Source: a bacterium
GTDB lineage: Bacteria; Babelota; Babeliae; Babelales; RVW-14
Length of the DNA: 64,000 nucleotides
Assembly (NCBI GenBank): GCA_043822925.1
Contig: JBDRBF010000008.1
Span: forward strand, 1 to 64,000
Direction of reading: 5' to 3'
A model generated the notes under the pieces. That model was not told the DNA's origin, made no database searches, and saw nothing but the letters and a program-made list of their open reading frames with translations. Every line of letters starts with the position of its first letter. Position 1 is the first letter of the stretch. Both the position numbers and the translations under genes were made by a program. Below are positions 62,356-64,000 of this stretch, one piece after another.

Positions 62356-62560
62356 AACGCTACTTTCTCTTACGCCTCAGCACTTATAATAAAAACACCC
62401 ATAAAAAGCCCTCACAAAATGCTATTCTCTTTTTAAAGCTTAAAAAAATTACACATTCTTTAGCCAGTAATTACAAAAAAAGCTAGATTTTGATTGGTTA
62501 CATGTTAATTTAGTTATCGTGTTCGTTTTATTAATTACTATTCTTACCTAAAGGGTTACT

Positions 62561-63010
62561 ATGTTGAGAAAGAATCTGTTTCTTATCGGTATTGCATCAA
62601 TGTTAATTCTAGGTGCTTGCGACTGTCCAATGTGCTCAAAATGCTGCAAAAAAGAAGAAGCTCCAAAAGCACAAACAACATCAACCGAACAAACAAATGT
62701 CAAAGCTTTGACAACAGCACTATTTGAAGAATCTGTTAAATCAGAAAAATTAACCGTTGTTAAATTCTGGGCATCATGGTGCAAAGCTTGCGAACAAATG
62801 GCTCCTGCTTATGAAAAAGTTGCAACAGAGCTCAAAGATTCAGTAAATTTTTACCAAGTCAACGTTGACGAAGAAACTTCTTTAGCAGAAAAACATGAGA
62901 TCAAAGGCATCCCAACAATTCTTTTCTTTAAAGATGGCAAGCAATTAGATAAAATTACCAAAGCCCTTACTGAAGAAGAGCTCAAAGAAGAAATAACAAA
63001 AGTTAAATAA
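62561..63010 (+). CDS. Thioredoxin-family lipoprotein
   Basis: Lipobox ILGAC; VKFWASWCKAC; I.GIPT. Confidence 0.9.
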   Translation: MLRKNLFLIGIASMLILGACDCPMCSKCCKKEEAPKAQTTSTEQTNVKALTTALFEESVKSEKLTVVKFWASWCKACEQMAPAYEKVATELKDSVNFYQVNVDEETSLAEKHEIKGIPTILFFKDGKQLDKITKALTEEELKEEITKVK

Positions 63011-63014
63011 AAAT

Positions 63015-64000
63015 ATGAGCATTTTTTTCACAAATACATTAACGAAAAAAAAAGAGCTTTTTGTTCCCGTAAATAAAGATAATATAGGGGTGTATGCCTG
63101 TGGCATCACCCCTTACGATTATGCGCATTTGGGCCACGCTCGATGTTTTATTAATGCAGATATTTTCATCAGATTTCTACGTTTTATGAACTATGACGTT
63201 ACGTTTGTTAGAAACTATACAGATATAGATGACAAAATTCTGGCAAAGGCTGAGCAATCAGGCGTCGCCCATAACTATGCTCAAATTACCGAAAAATTTA
63301 TACGAGCTTATCAAGAAGACATGCAAGCACTACACTGTCTAACGCCAGACCACGAACCGCGTGTAACACAACATATTCCAGAGATAATTAATTTTATCGA
63401 ACAATTAATCGACAATAAAAAAGCTTATGTAATAGATCATGACGTCTATTTTAATCTTTCATCATACCCCGAGTATGGCAAACTATCTGGTAAAAAAATC
63501 GACGAACTGGAAGCCGGCTCACGTGTCAAAGTAGATCCACGCAAAAAAAATCCTGGTGACTTTGTTCTCTGGAAAGGCAACAACGATAAACACTTCTGGC
63601 TATCCCCCTGGGGGTATGGACGCCCTGGCTGGCACATCGAATGCTCTGTTTTAGCTAAAAAGTATCTGGGTTCTACCATAGACATTCACATGGGCGGGCA
63701 AGATTTAATGTTCCCACATCATGAAAACGAAATAGCACAATCAGAAAGTTTACACCATGCCCCTTTTGCTCGCTATTGGATACATAATGCTTTTGTTAAC
63801 ATTAATAAAGAAAAAATGTCTAAATCTCTCGGAAACTTTATTACCCTCAAAGATATTTTCAAAGAAATTAACCCAATGGTCTTGCGCTACTTCTTTTTAC
63901 AACATCATTATCGCACACCGATCGATTTTAACATCGATGAATTAACAGGTGTCCAAACAGCTTACAAAAAACTTATAGCCCAACTGGGAAGCCCTATAGT
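63015..64000 (+). CDS. cysS: Cysteine--tRNA ligase (partial, runs off window)
   Basis: Hand translation from ATG 63015: YACGITPYDYAHLGH, NYTDIDDKI, GRPGWHIECS, FPHHENE, KMSKSLGN. Confidence 0.97.
   Translation, partial: MSIFFTNTLTKKKELFVPVNKDNIGVYACGITPYDYAHLGHARCFINADIFIRFLRFMNYDVTFVRNYTDIDDKILAKAEQSGVAHNYAQITEKFIRAYQEDMQALHCLTPDHEPRVTQHIPEIINFIEQLIDNKKAYVIDHDVYFNLSSYPEYGKLSGKKIDELEAGSRVKVDPRKKNPGDFVLWKGNNDKHFWLSPWGYGRPGWHIECSVLAKKYLGSTIDIHMGGQDLMFPHHENEIAQSESLHHAPFARYWIHNAFVNINKEKMSKSLGNFITLKDIFKEINPMVLRYFFLQHHYRTPIDFNIDELTGVQTAYKKLIAQLGSPI

Noticed and set aside
63446-63945. ORF-track entries near the right edge
   Set aside because: Shadows of cysS, which runs off the window

Overview
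AT-rich bacterial chromosome window with three parts. (1) 1-27.8 kb is an accessory region of almost entirely signal-peptide-bearing proteins: two large secreted proteins with bipartite NLS-like motifs (one a pentapeptide-repeat/PDZ hybrid; the other runs off the left edge and was missed by the ORF track), a periplasmic binding protein + pentameric ligand-gated ion channel operon bracketed by REP-like palindromes, five paralogous beta-rich repeat proteins (170-1300 aa), two outer-membrane beta-barrel candidates and a degenerate PPP-type phosphatase. (2) 27.9-46.7 kb is the str-S10-spc-alpha ribosomal superoperon on the minus strand, lacking rpmD and adk. (3) 47-64 kb holds housekeeping and envelope genes (rseP, lpxC, rplM without rpsI, pyrG, pepP, lptD, recR, yidC, bamD, yraN, ftsI/ftsL, thioredoxin, partial cysS). 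The gene style (diderm envelope genes, fragmented operons, these secreted families) suggests an intracellular protist-associated bacterium, most likely Candidatus Dependentiae/Babelota (TM6); this is inference, not a database result. No rRNA, tRNA, CRISPR array or transposase was recognised. Several start codons were moved from the ORF track to downstream starts with better ribosome-binding sites.
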